A DNA stretch of 64,000 bases from Azolla caroliniana (Eukaryota > Plantae > Polypodiophyta): assembly GCA_043228905.1 (NCBI GenBank), contig JBHGNT010000005.1, forward strand, positions 15,128,001 to 15,192,000, given 5' to 3'. The position numbers and the translations under genes are program-made. The notes under the pieces were generated by a model. The model had not been told where the DNA came from and ran no database searches. It was given only the letters and a program-made list of their open reading frames with translations. Shown piece after piece: positions 14,601-26,153 of the stretch. How positions within the stretch are numbered: position 1 is the stretch's first letter; each line of letters opens with the position of its first letter.

Positions 14601-14893
14601 TGTTGAGTGAAAAGCTCAACATTGGGTGCGTAACACAGTGCATAACCCAGTGCGTAGACTAGGTGCGTAAAACAGCACGCATAATGTGGCCGTATCGATG
14701 CGTAAACCGAAAGGTTGTTAGTATGGTATTCCTTGTAAGGAATAATTTTGGGACTTAGTGTAGTAGGCTCATTTATGAGCAGTCAACTAATGTCAGTACT
14801 TGTGTCAGCCCGATAGTCAGGGCTTGTATAAAAGGTGCTAACTGAGCACGAAGTATGTACAAAGTGTCATTATTTTGAAATAGAACTGAGTTG

Positions 14894-14930
<37 letters not shown>

Positions 14931-17656
14931 TCCATCTCCATCTCTGCGTTTTCTGTGTTTTACCAAACTGGCATTCTCCAAACTGTGTACTCTGTGTTTC
15001 GCATACGCTTCCACACACGTATTCTTTTACATGGTATCAGAGTGTGAGGGTTGAAGTCCTCTACAACCGACAAAAAAGCTTGCGACAAAGACATAGTTGA
15101 GTTGTTATTCTTGGTTTTCGGAAAAGATAAAACAGCAACATGGACAGAGGAATGGGAAGCTCACTACCGATTGAGAAGCTCGATAGGAGCAACTATGCAT
15201 CTTGGTCGTACAAGATGCACCAGTACTTGCTTGGTCATGGCTATTGGAGTTATGTCGAAGGAGCTAATGATACAGCTCTCGAATTGACACACTGGGATTT
15301 TTCAGCTTGGGAACAGGCGGCAAGCAGAGTTCTCTACTGCTTTGCGTCCTGTGTGAGTGACTAGCTATTGAGCCATATTCAGGATACCAAGACGCCAAAG
15401 GACGCATGTGCGAATCTCAAGAAGATTTTCGCCGCTAGCACCAAAGCCAGGAAGCTTCAACTCAGGCAGGAGTTGAGCAATGTTCGACAATGAGATATGT
15501 CGGTGGCTGATTACACCTCCAAGATCAAAGAAATTTGTGACTCTCTCACCTCCGTCAACGTGAATGTCGAGGAAGATGAGATGGTGCAGGTTTGTCTTGG
15601 TGGGTTAGCATCAAAGTTCAGAGCGTTCCGAACGGCGGTCTGTACGAGGGAGAATACACCTACGTTCTTCGAGCTTCAGTCAATGTTGCTCGTGGAGGAA
15701 AATCACGTGGGTGCGTCGACGAGTACGCACACCGACGAAAAGATGCTATACACAAAGGGAGATAGGCCCCATGGTCGTGGTGGACGAGGCGGATCGGCGC
15801 ATAATGGAGGCGGCCGAAAAGGGCTGAATGGACTGCATAATCGAAATGTCGGGAACAATTCCGAACCCTTCGGATGCAGGGGGAGTCATGGCGGTGCCAG
15901 AAGCTGGCAAGAGAAGGCCACGATAGAATGTTGGTACTATGGCAAGAAAGGCCACAGTGAGAGGGAGTGCTGGAAAAAGAAAGCCAACTCAGACAAAGCC
16001 GAATCGAGAGGAAGAGACGCAGGAAGGCGTCAAAAGTCGCACTAAGCTGAGGGCTCCGAATGAGCTGGAAATGGATCGGGTCTTGCCTTCGTAATGAAGC
16101 ACAAGGCCAATTCAATGGTCGTGAAAACCTCGAAATCGACCGAGGTGTGGTATTTTGCGTAGCTCTCCGTCACTCGTGTCATGTATGCATAATGATGCGC
16201 CATTTACTCGTGGTATTCGAACCGCACCACGGGGTTCTTTTGGCGGGTAAATTGGCGTAATTGCTCAATAGCCGGTTTTGAGGCCCTCTTGGTCCGTCTT
16301 CATTCTTCTCGGAGTCGGATTCGCTTCGATCCGATTTTTCTTTATCAGTGTCGTACTCTGACATCTTCTTCTTTCCCTTCTCTTTGCGCGTAAACCGTCT
16401 CCTCGGTTTCCTGCGCGAGGAATGAACGGATGAGTCTCCACTACTTGCCAGCTTTGCGTCTGACTGGTCGTGTTGACTAAGTCGCTCATTCGGCCCACTT
16501 AGCCTGAATGAGATTGGACTCTCTTCAAGAGCTCCGATGTCTCCTTCATCTTGAGGCATTTCAGCCTCGCTGACCTCTCCGTTAGAGATCAGAATGGAGT
16601 CGTCAGGGGTTGGAGGTGAAGGCAAGTACCACGAGGCGAACTCGTCGAACACAACATCACGACTTACGTGAGATTGTTTGGTTCGGGGGTTATAACCGTT
16701 ATAACCCTTCTATTCGTCTAAGTAGCCAACCAAGATACACTTATCGGCTTTGGCGTCTAGCTTCGTCCGGAGCCCTCAACGTAGTGCGATCGCTGCCGAT
16801 TTCCTTGCTCAGTGTACAACATCTTCCTCTATGTACAACATCTTATTGTCGGCATGCGTACTCGTTGACACACCCGCATGGTTCTCCTCTACTAGGAGAA
16901 TTGAATGTAAGTCGAAAAACGACGACATATTCTTCCTCGTATAGACAGCAGTTCGGAATGCTCTGAACTTCGATGCTAACCCTCCGAGGCAGACCTGCAC
17001 CATTTCATCGTCCTCAACGTTTACATTGATTGAGGCGAGAGAGTCACAATTGTCCTTGATCTTGGAGGTGTATTCAGCCACCTACATATCTTGTTGTCGA
17101 ACATTGCTCGACTCTTGCCTAAGTTGGAGCTTTGTGGTTGTGGTGCTCGCGCGAAAATCTTTTTCAGATTTCCCCAAGCATCCTTCGGCATCCTCGCAAC
17201 TGGAATGTAGCTCAAAAGCTAATCGCTCACACAGGATGCTAAGCAGTAGAGAACCCTACTTGCTACTTGTTCCCAGGCTGGGAAATCTCTTTGTGTCGAT
17301 TCGGGTGTTGCGTCATTAGATCCATCGACGTAACACCAGTAGCCATGCCCGAGCAAGTACTGGTGCATCTTTGTTGAGTGATGGGTGCGTAACACGGTGC
17401 GTAACCCAGTGCGTAGACTCGGTGCGTAAAACAGTATACATAACGTGGCCGTATCGGTGCGCAAACCGAAAGGCCGTTAGTATGGTATTCCTCGTAAGGA
17501 ATAATTTTGGGAGTTAGTGTAGTAGGCTCATTTATGAGCAATCAAGTAATGTCAGTACTTGTGTCAGCCCGATAGTCGGGGCTTGTATAAAAGGTGCTCA
17601 CTGAGCTGGAAGTATGTATAGAGTGTCATTATTTTGAAATAGAACTGAGTTGTCTG

Positions 17657-17689
<33 letters not shown>

Positions 17690-17794
17690 CATCTCCATCT
17701 CCATCTCTGCATTTTTTGTGATTTACCAAACTATCGTTCTCCAAACTGTGTACTCTGCGTTTCACATACTCTTCCGCACACGTATTCTTTTACA
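14601..17794 (+). mobile_element. Non-autonomous chimeric copia (LTRs 14601-15031, 17372-17794; TSD CACCT): forward gag, then inverted integrase and gag fragments
   Basis: cacct on both flanks, PBS tggtatcagag at 15032, plus-strand gag 15140-16045. Minus-strand integrase C-terminus 16179-16652 and gag 16809-17371. Confidence 0.85.
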
Positions 17795-17926
17795 CACCTC
17801 CATCAAATGGATGTAAAGAACGCCTTCCTACAAGGAGAATTAGAAGAGGAGGCCTTCATGATTCAACCACCTGGTTTCAAATCGACAAAGAATTTTGACT
17901 ATAGTCTACCGACTCAAGAAGCCATT

Positions 17927-20900
17927 TCTAAAAGTAAATATGTGGACGCTAAGACAACACCGGCTCATCTGGATAGCAACATAATATAGACACGGGTTTA
18001 ATGGAAACCTTGCACACACACACACACACAAACACACAAGGGAGAGACAGAGTTAGGGCAGAACATAACTCAATTCAAAATAATAATAATACTTTGCACA
18101 TACAATGTGCTCTGTGAGCACTTTTATCAAGTCCTTAAAAGGACTGACATAAGTACTCACAAGTACTTCAATGCTCATACACGCGACTGACACGAACTCC
18201 AAGGAATCTGCCGACGAACTAGGCTAGATTCGTAGGCCTCTAACAGCCTACCGGTTACAATACGATTCAGTTCTCAGTTCCGGATATCGATCTAGCCTTG
18301 GCTTATTCAGCCTATCTGGATCCAGTTGAGCTTGTCTGCTCAACACTCCCCCTCAAGCTCAACTTGAGGTCGGATCGTACTGTCTTTGTTTGTCGTAGCC
18401 GGTCCTCTCCTCCGGTTACCCCTGGCGTCCTCCCGCCTTGCTTGCACTCCTCGACCCATCCAGTCCCGCTTTCCACGACCCATACGGTCTCCCACCTCTC
18501 GACCTTCTCGGTCAGCTTGTCTACTCATAAGGCCCTTCTCAGCTCCTTCGTTGTTGCGACTTCAGCGTTTCTTGACCCATCCGGTCTCCTGCCTCTCGAC
18601 CTTCTCGGTCAGCTTGTCTACTCATAAGGCCCTTCTCAGCTCCTTCGTTGTTGCGACTTCGGCGCTTCTCGACCTATCGGTTTCTCTGTGTCAGTGTTGA
18701 CTTCAACTGCCTCCTTGTCCGTTTGGCCTTCAGTTGATCCGGCTCCTCCGAATCGAACTCCTCTGTAGAATAGGTTGCCTTCGATTCGTTCTAGCTATTG
18801 CCTGAATTGGTTGTCTCCAATTCCTCCTCAAACTTGAGGCCCTTTAACACATCAGACAACGTCCGGTTCTTGGCCCTCTGGTAGGCTCCTTCCTTCTTGA
18901 GTCTGCCACCATCATTGCTTGTTCCAACTTTATCAGATGTGCCAACCTCTTCAACCGACTTGGTTTCCTTTTTCTTCTTCTTCTCTCCCCTATCTCTCTG
19001 GCTTTTTGTCCGGTGCCATTTCCTACCTTTCACATTTCTAATCCAGTTCTCCCCGTACCGGTACTAGTTCTCCCCCTCAAGTGCGGCATGTCGAGATGCT
19101 GAAGACCAAGCATCTCCGAAAAATGCTGCAACTTGTCAGTTCTGAGGGCCTTGGTGAAGATGTCGGCAACCTGCCGATCCATCCGGACATACCAGAGTTT
19201 GACTTCACCACTGAGGACCCGCTCACGCACAAAGTGATAATGCATTTCTATGTGCTTCGTCCGACCATGGAACACAGGGTTGTCCGCTGCATGTTGCTCA
19301 TGTTGTCGCAATAGATTTGGATCAGACTCGGGACTTCGATCTGGAGGTCTTGCCGCACCCACCGAAGCAATATGGCTTCATAGGTAGCAATGGTAGTGCC
19401 CCGATACTCAGCCTCAGTGCTCGAAAGAGCCACAATCGGCTGCCTTTTGCTACTCCACGCAACAATCGCACTACCTAGAGAGAACATGAATCCGGAAGTG
19501 GATCGTCGATCCGACGCATCTCTGGCCAAGTCAGCATCGATATATCCGACTAGCTTCTCGGTTATACCATGTCGGTATAACAATCCCCGGTCCTTAGTGC
19601 CGCTAACATACCACAGTATTCGGTGTGCGCACTGAAGGTGCTCCATAGTTGGCTTCTGCATGAAGTGACTGATCGTTCTGACCGGATAGCTAATGTTGGG
19701 TCGGGTGATCGTCAAATATATAAGTCTTCCAAAAATTTGTCGAAACCGTTTGTCATCCCAGGCCGGTCCAGAGTCGAGACGAAGCTTCAATTTTCGGTCC
19801 AAGGGTGTGGAGACTAGTCGGCAATCCGTCATACCGAACTTGTATAGCATATTCAGTACATAATGTCGTTGAGGGAGCAATATCTCGTCGGGGGTGTGGA
19901 TCACTTTGATCCTGAGGAAGTAATGAAGGTTCCCCAGGTTCATCATTTCGAAAGCGTTCGAGAGCTGGGACTTCACTCGGTCGATTTCAGGGAAGCTGGG
20001 TCTGGTGATGACTAGATCATCCACGTATAACAAGATACATATCGGACCGTCCAGACCATTCCGGATGAATAGTGAAGAGTCCAACTTCGAGGCCGCAAAC
20101 CCCATCTTATGCAACCGATGCATGATCTTTGAATTCCAATCGCGAGGGGCTTGCTTCAAGCTGTAAAGGAACTTCTTGAGTCAGCACACTGCCGACTAGT
20201 TCATCTCCAACTAAAAACTGGGGGGTTGGATCATGTCGACCTATTCTTCCAGATCACTTTGAAGCAACGCATTCTTCACATCCATTTGGTGAAGATGCCA
20301 CCCCCTTTCCACATCAACTACTAGCACTACATGAACCGTTGTCATCTTCGCTACCGGAGCGAAGGTCCCATCGTAATCAATTATGTGGGTTTGCACGTAC
20401 CCATTGGCCACTAACCAGGCCTTGTACCGGATGACCGAACCGTCAGCATTTACTTTATGTTGTACACCCACTTGCAACCAATCGGTTTGCAATGTCAGGG
20501 AGGGTCAACCAGGTCCCAAGTCTCGTTCGCATCCAATGCTCATATCTCTTCCTCCATAGATGCATGCCAATTTGCGTCTTTTGCCGCTTCTTCATAGCTC
20601 TTGAGCTCATGCACTTCCGCCACCTTCATCATGTACGCATAGTGATACGCCATGTACTCATTATATCTGTACCTTTTAAGAGGGTTCTTTAGGTGGGTGG
20701 ATCGGCACAACTTCTGGTTCGCCAATATCGTGGCCCTTTTGGCCGACTCAAACTTCTCTTTCGAAGGTTCGTCTCTATTTTGTCTAGAGTCAGATTTGCT
20801 CCAATCCAACTATTCTTTGCTAGTGGCATATTATGGCATCTTCTTCTTCCCCTTCTCCTTGCGCGTGAACCATATAGATTACTGAATCCTTCTTCCTCTC

Positions 20901-23693
20901 TTCCTAGATCGTTTCAGGCTCACTGGCCTCATCCTCCGAAATTGGGTCGGAGTCGGACATGATACCGACTCATCAAATTCGACATCTCGGCACACTCGAA
21001 CTTGTTTTGTTCGAGGGTTATAGCACTTATAACCGTTTTCCTCATGTGAGTAGCCAACAAGGATGCACTTCTCTGACTTCGGGTCCAGCTTTCTCTGCTT
21101 CTCATCCGACACATGCATATATGCAATGTTACCGAATATCTTAAGGTGCCTTAAATTCGGCTTCCACCCGAAATACAACTCGTGTGCTAACACCTTATCC
21201 CCGATCCGTTTTTGGATGTCGACGGCCATCTGAACCACTTCGGCCCAGTAGAACTTGGGCATGCTCTTCTCTTCCAGCATTGCCCATGCCGCCTCCACAA
21301 TTGACGGGTTCTTCTTTTCGGCCACACCATTTCGTTCTATTTTGTATCTCCAACTGAATTCTCTCCAAATTCCCATATGTTGAAGATAACTGTTGAATTG
21401 GATGGAAAATTATTCTTTCCCGCCATACGACCGCAGGCACTTGATCTTCCTTTTCGTTTCCCGTTCGACTAAACTCTACAAGTTCTGGAAACAAACAAAA
21501 ACTTTGCATTTCCTTTCAATTAGGTAGATCTATGTGTGCCGGTTGTAGTCCTCGATCAAGGAGACGAAATATCGGCTCCCACCAAGGCTACTGTTCTATG
21601 CCAGTCCCCATACACCCGAATGTATTAGATCGAGCTTGTTATGGCTCCAGTTTCTTTCAGTGGGGAAGGGAAGCCAGTGTTGCTTCCCGAGCGAGCAAGC
21701 TTCACAAATTTGGGCCTTCCAACCACTGAATTTTGGCAATCCGAAAACAACCTGTTTCGATTGTAGGTCCTGACGCCTCTAATAATTGATGTGGCAGATC
21801 CTCTTGTGCCATAGGTCAATATCTGATTGAACCTTCTATCCTTTTACGAACATACCAGTGTCGACGTCGTTGGTGTCGAGGATAAACATCCTCCCGTCCT
21901 GGCACCGCACCTGCATCCGTTGGTCGACGATCTACCCGACCGACACCAAGTTCTTTGTGGTTGTCGGAACATGTAGTACGTTCATAAGCTTTCGCTTTTG
22001 TCTAACATGCACAATCAAGTGAGGAGTGTCGTCTCCGATTTCGACAACTCCCGGTTACTCCGGCTTTTCCAGAAACGAGAACCACTCTTCGTGGCTCGTC
22101 AAGTGGTTTCATGCTCCGGAGTCAACATACCACACTTCCTCCGATCCGGAAGTGGTATTCTTCATTGAGTTTTCCTTGTGTTTCAGCACAAAGGTTGCCC
22201 CTTTTCCGGTCTTACCGGTTCCGGATGCTTTTGATCCTTCTGCACAGTGCGAGCTATACCATTTCCCTTCTCCGGACTTGCCGGATCTGGATTTTTCCGA
22301 ATTGGCGCGCTTCTTTCAGCACTCACTCCCTTTGTGGCCCTTCCGGCCACAGAACCAACATTTCGTTGTGGTCTTCTCTTGCCGATTTCTAGTGCCGCTT
22401 TGACACCCCCTTTTTCTGGAGGGTCTGAAACTATTGTTGACACCATCCTTGTGCCTTTTGTTCGCCTCTTGACGACCGCTTCCACCGTGTGCCGATCCAC
22501 CTCACCCGCCACTACCCCAGGGCCTCTCAGCCTCTGTGTACAACATCCTGTTTTAAATGTGCATGCTCGTTGACGCACCCGCGTGGTTCTCCTCTACAAG
22601 GAGCATCGACTGTAAGTCAAAACACGATGGTGTATTCTCTCTTGTATAGACCGCCGTCTAGAATGCTCCGAACTTTGACGCCAAGCCCCCGAGAGAAACC
22701 TACACCATCTCATCTTCCTCAACAGTCACGTTGATGGAGGCAAGTGAGTCGCAGATCTCTTTGGTTTGGGCTATATAGTCGGCCATCGACGTGTCGTTAT
22801 GTCGGACATTGCCCAACTCTTATCGGAGTTGCAGCTTTTGAGTCGTGGTGCTTGCGGCGAAGACCTTCTTTAGGTTCCCCAAGCTTCCTTCGGCATCTTG
22901 GCGTCCCGGATATAGTTGAGCAGCTAATCACCAACACTCGACGCGAAGTAGTACATCACCCTACTTGCCGCTTGTTCCCAAGTTAGGAAGTCCCTGTGTG
23001 TCGTATTAGGTGCCGTGTCGTTAGCTCTATCGACATAACTCCGGTAACCGTGCCCAAGCAGGTACTGGTGCATCCTGTATGACCAAGATGCATAGTTAGA
23101 TCTGTTAAGCTTCTCTGTCGGGAGCGAGCTAGCCATTCCTTTGTTCATTCTAACCTTTGTTTTCTGTTCTCTACCGGGTGTTAGGGTTTGTCTTCTGAAT
23201 TCGTTCGTTGGTTGCAGAGATTCTCAACCCTCGCACTCTGATACCATGTAAAAGTAAATATGCAGAAGCTAAGATAACACTGGCTCATCCGGATAGCAAC
23301 AAAATACAAACATTAGGTTTAATGGAAACCTTGCACACACACACACACAAGGGAGAGATAGAGTTAGAGTAGAACACAACTCAATTTAAAATAATAATAA
23401 TACTCTGTACATACAATGTGCTCTGTGAGCACTTTTATACAAGTCCTTAAAAGGACTGATAGAAGTATTGACAAGTACTTCAATGCTCATACGAGCGACT
23501 GACACTAACTCCAAGGAATCTGCCTACGTATTACTCTAGATTCGTAGGCCTGTAACGGCCTACCAGTTACAATCCGATCCAGCTCTTGGTTCCAGATACC
23601 ATCCGGATACTGATCTGGTTCTCTATTCCGGATACCAATCCGGCTCTGGCTTATTCAGTTGATCCGGATCCGGTTGAGCTTGTCCGCTCAACA
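17927..23693 (-). mobile_element. Full-length decayed Ty1/copia (5' LTR 23247-23693, 3' LTR 17927-18345; TSD CCATT)
   Basis: ccatt at 17922-17926 and 23694-23698, iMet PBS ending at 23246, PPT from 18346. Gag 22924-23148, integrase 20879-21376, RT LLYVDDL and RNaseH 19030-20492. Confidence 0.93.
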
Positions 23694-25795
23694 CCATTGT
23701 AAGGACTCAAGCAAGCACCGCGTGTGTGGCACTCGAAGATCACTCAGTATCTTCACCAAATCGGCTTCTGGATGTCGTAATCGGTTAACTCCCTCTACAT
23801 CAAAAGTGACTTGTTGTTGTCGCCGCATGTGAAGCCGTTTGGCTGAAAAGAATATTGAAAGATCTGGGCATTCCCATCAAGGATTCGATTCTCCTTTACT
23901 GCGACAACATGAGGAGTATCCATCTGGCTCGGAACGTAGTGTTCCATGCGCGCAAGAAGCATATCAAAGTGCACTATCACTTGATTAGAGAGCGCGTTCA
24001 AGCTGGAGATGTCAACCTGTAGCACTTCAACATGAACCTTCAGGTAGCAGACATCTTCATGAAAGCCTTAGGAGTCGACATGCTCAGGCAATTCATGGCA
24101 GTCCATGGTCTAACGATAGCCGCATTGCCGAACTTGAGGGGGAGTACAACTAACAAGAATAAAGCAGCAGCCGAATACCAGTCAATCAACCAATCGAAGT
24201 CGACTAAGGGGAGTTGAAGCATGAAGCCAAACAAGCCAACAATATCGAAGGAACGAAGGAGAATAGTAGAAGCCGAGCCAAGCCAACCATAGAGTCGAGA
24301 AACCCAAAGAGCCGAAACGAGCCAAACAGCAAGACAATCTCTCCGAAGCATGTTGAAACTTGAGAATCAAACCCAACTTCCCCAATGAAATGGCTTTCAC
24401 ACTAGCAGTGGACACACTATGCTAGTTTTGTAAATAGCAGAAAGGGTAGTTGCCCTAGGATAGTTGGTATATAAACCAACCTTTTGTAACCTAATTACTC
24501 TTGGATGTAATTTTGGTTTTTGCTAATATAGTTTCTTGTTCCTTGTCTCTCTCTCCCTCTCTCTGCCTTGTCTTACATACACACATAGAGCACTATCCGC
24601 TGCACAAAATCACACTAGATTCTTTACAATCTGAAAGAAGACATTTATATGTCTAAACTAGTAAGCTTCATGGCGATGGGGGAGGAAGGGCACCTCGTAT
24701 GTTGACTGAAGAAAAGTCTTTACATCTTAAAGCAAGCGTCGAGGATGTGGTAAACAAAGTTCGACTCCTACATCCGGCAAGTTGGATACAGTCGGTCCAA
24801 CTCCGACCCATGCATGTACATGCTCATTGCCAACAAGGACAAAGCCAAAATCGGGAAGCTAAAACAAAAACTTCGCGAGAAATTCTCGATGAAGGAACTT
24901 AGAGAGGCTTGACACATTCTGGGCATGAGGATAGAGCAAGACAGGACGAAGAAGATCCTACAACTACTCTCCCAATCTGACTATATCCATAAGTTGTTAA
25001 GGTGATTCAACATGGACAAGTCAAAGCCATCACCAACTCCGCTCCTGACATCAATTCGACTAATGGATAGGGAATCTCCCTCTACAGAGGTTGAGATTGG
25101 GTAGATGAGTAAGGTACCCTAGGCATTAGCCGTAGAAGTCTCATGTATGCGATGGTAGCCACCCGACCCGACGTAGCCTATGTTGTAGGCACCACCAACC
25201 GATACATGCCAAGAAGAAGCACATTGAGGTGAGGTATCACCATATATGGGAGCTCGTCACCAACAAGAAGCGCGAAGACCAGAAAGTAGATATAGAGGTG
25301 AACATCATCAACAACCTGAGGAAGCCACTCCTAGATCACTGCTTTGGAGCATTAAGGCGACAAATGGGACTACAACAAGCTAAGGAGAATAGGCAAGCTG
25401 AATCAGAGGTAGCAGTGAAAGAGTCAAAAGTTGAAAGGGCTAAACAGCCCGAAAAGGAAAAATGGTCCGAAGGAGTCGAAAGAGACAAACGACTTGCAGA
25501 GCTGATTAGCCAAAGAGCAAAGGAGCCGAAGGACCGGAGGAGCCGACTCAACCACTCCCGATTCAGGAACTAGTCTAGCTTGTAATTTCGAATTGTAATT
25601 TAAATGCAAAATGTAATTTAAGTTCACGGGGAGATAACCTCTAGTTTATTTCTTTACAATTAGAGTAGTCCTTTTACGGGGGAGTTTGTTGGATTAAAAG
25701 TCCCACTCTACCTGTTCATTGTGTCCTCCTCGTGTGAACACTCCCAAAGGGAGTTAGGGCTCAGTTACCCTAACTATAAATAATAGGGAATTGAG

Positions 25796-25831
25796 AACAC
25801 GTTCGCGTTCACAAGTGGAAGGATCGCGCAT
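25796..25831 (+). repeat. Left terminal inverted repeat (36 bp)
   Basis: Matches the reverse complement of 34924-34959 at 35/36 positions. Confidence 0.95.
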
Positions 25832-26153
25832 AAATGGAAGGATAAGGGAAATTTTAGGGGTTTTTCAATGATTTTACGAAACACATTGATACCAGTATCA
25901 TACATGTTCAAACATACTATGAAAAAGGTTAAAAATCCACTATTTTCGTGATTTAGAAGTAACTAAAAAAAGACGAATTTCAAAAAGATACATTCTCAAT
26001 TTATATCACAAACTTCACAACCAATGTTATTTTATAAGAAACAATTTTTTAGAAATCATAAGAATTCAAAACACATGATTTTATATTACTCGATTTGTTA
26101 CAAGCGGAATGTAGTTACACTTAATAGCCAAATATACATTCATGATCACTCCT

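Larger units (their letters stand above)
5345..24143 (+). mobile_element. Old host Ty1/copia pol, split by four nested insertions; pieces at 5345-5605, 11897-13476, 14349-14600, 17795-17926 and 23694-24143
   Basis: Protease WFFDSRTSNHM, integrase core ~12180-12980, RT motif [22 protein letters not shown]|..GLKQAPR read across the CCATT TSD, RNaseH KHIKVHYH, PPT-like ttgagggggag near 24135. Copia protein sequence resumes across each TSD. Confidence 0.8.

Noticed and set aside
24351-24629. Solo LTR (tgttgaaac...ctttaca)
   Set aside because: TG..CA ends but no matching TSD or partner LTR. It may be the host copia's 3' LTR and cannot be resolved here.
25796-25831. CACTA, hAT, Mutator or Harbinger classification
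   Set aside because: Termini are AACAC with a 4-bp TSD, not CACTA/3 bp, 8 bp, 9-11 bp or TAA/TTA, and the transposase motifs differ from those families.
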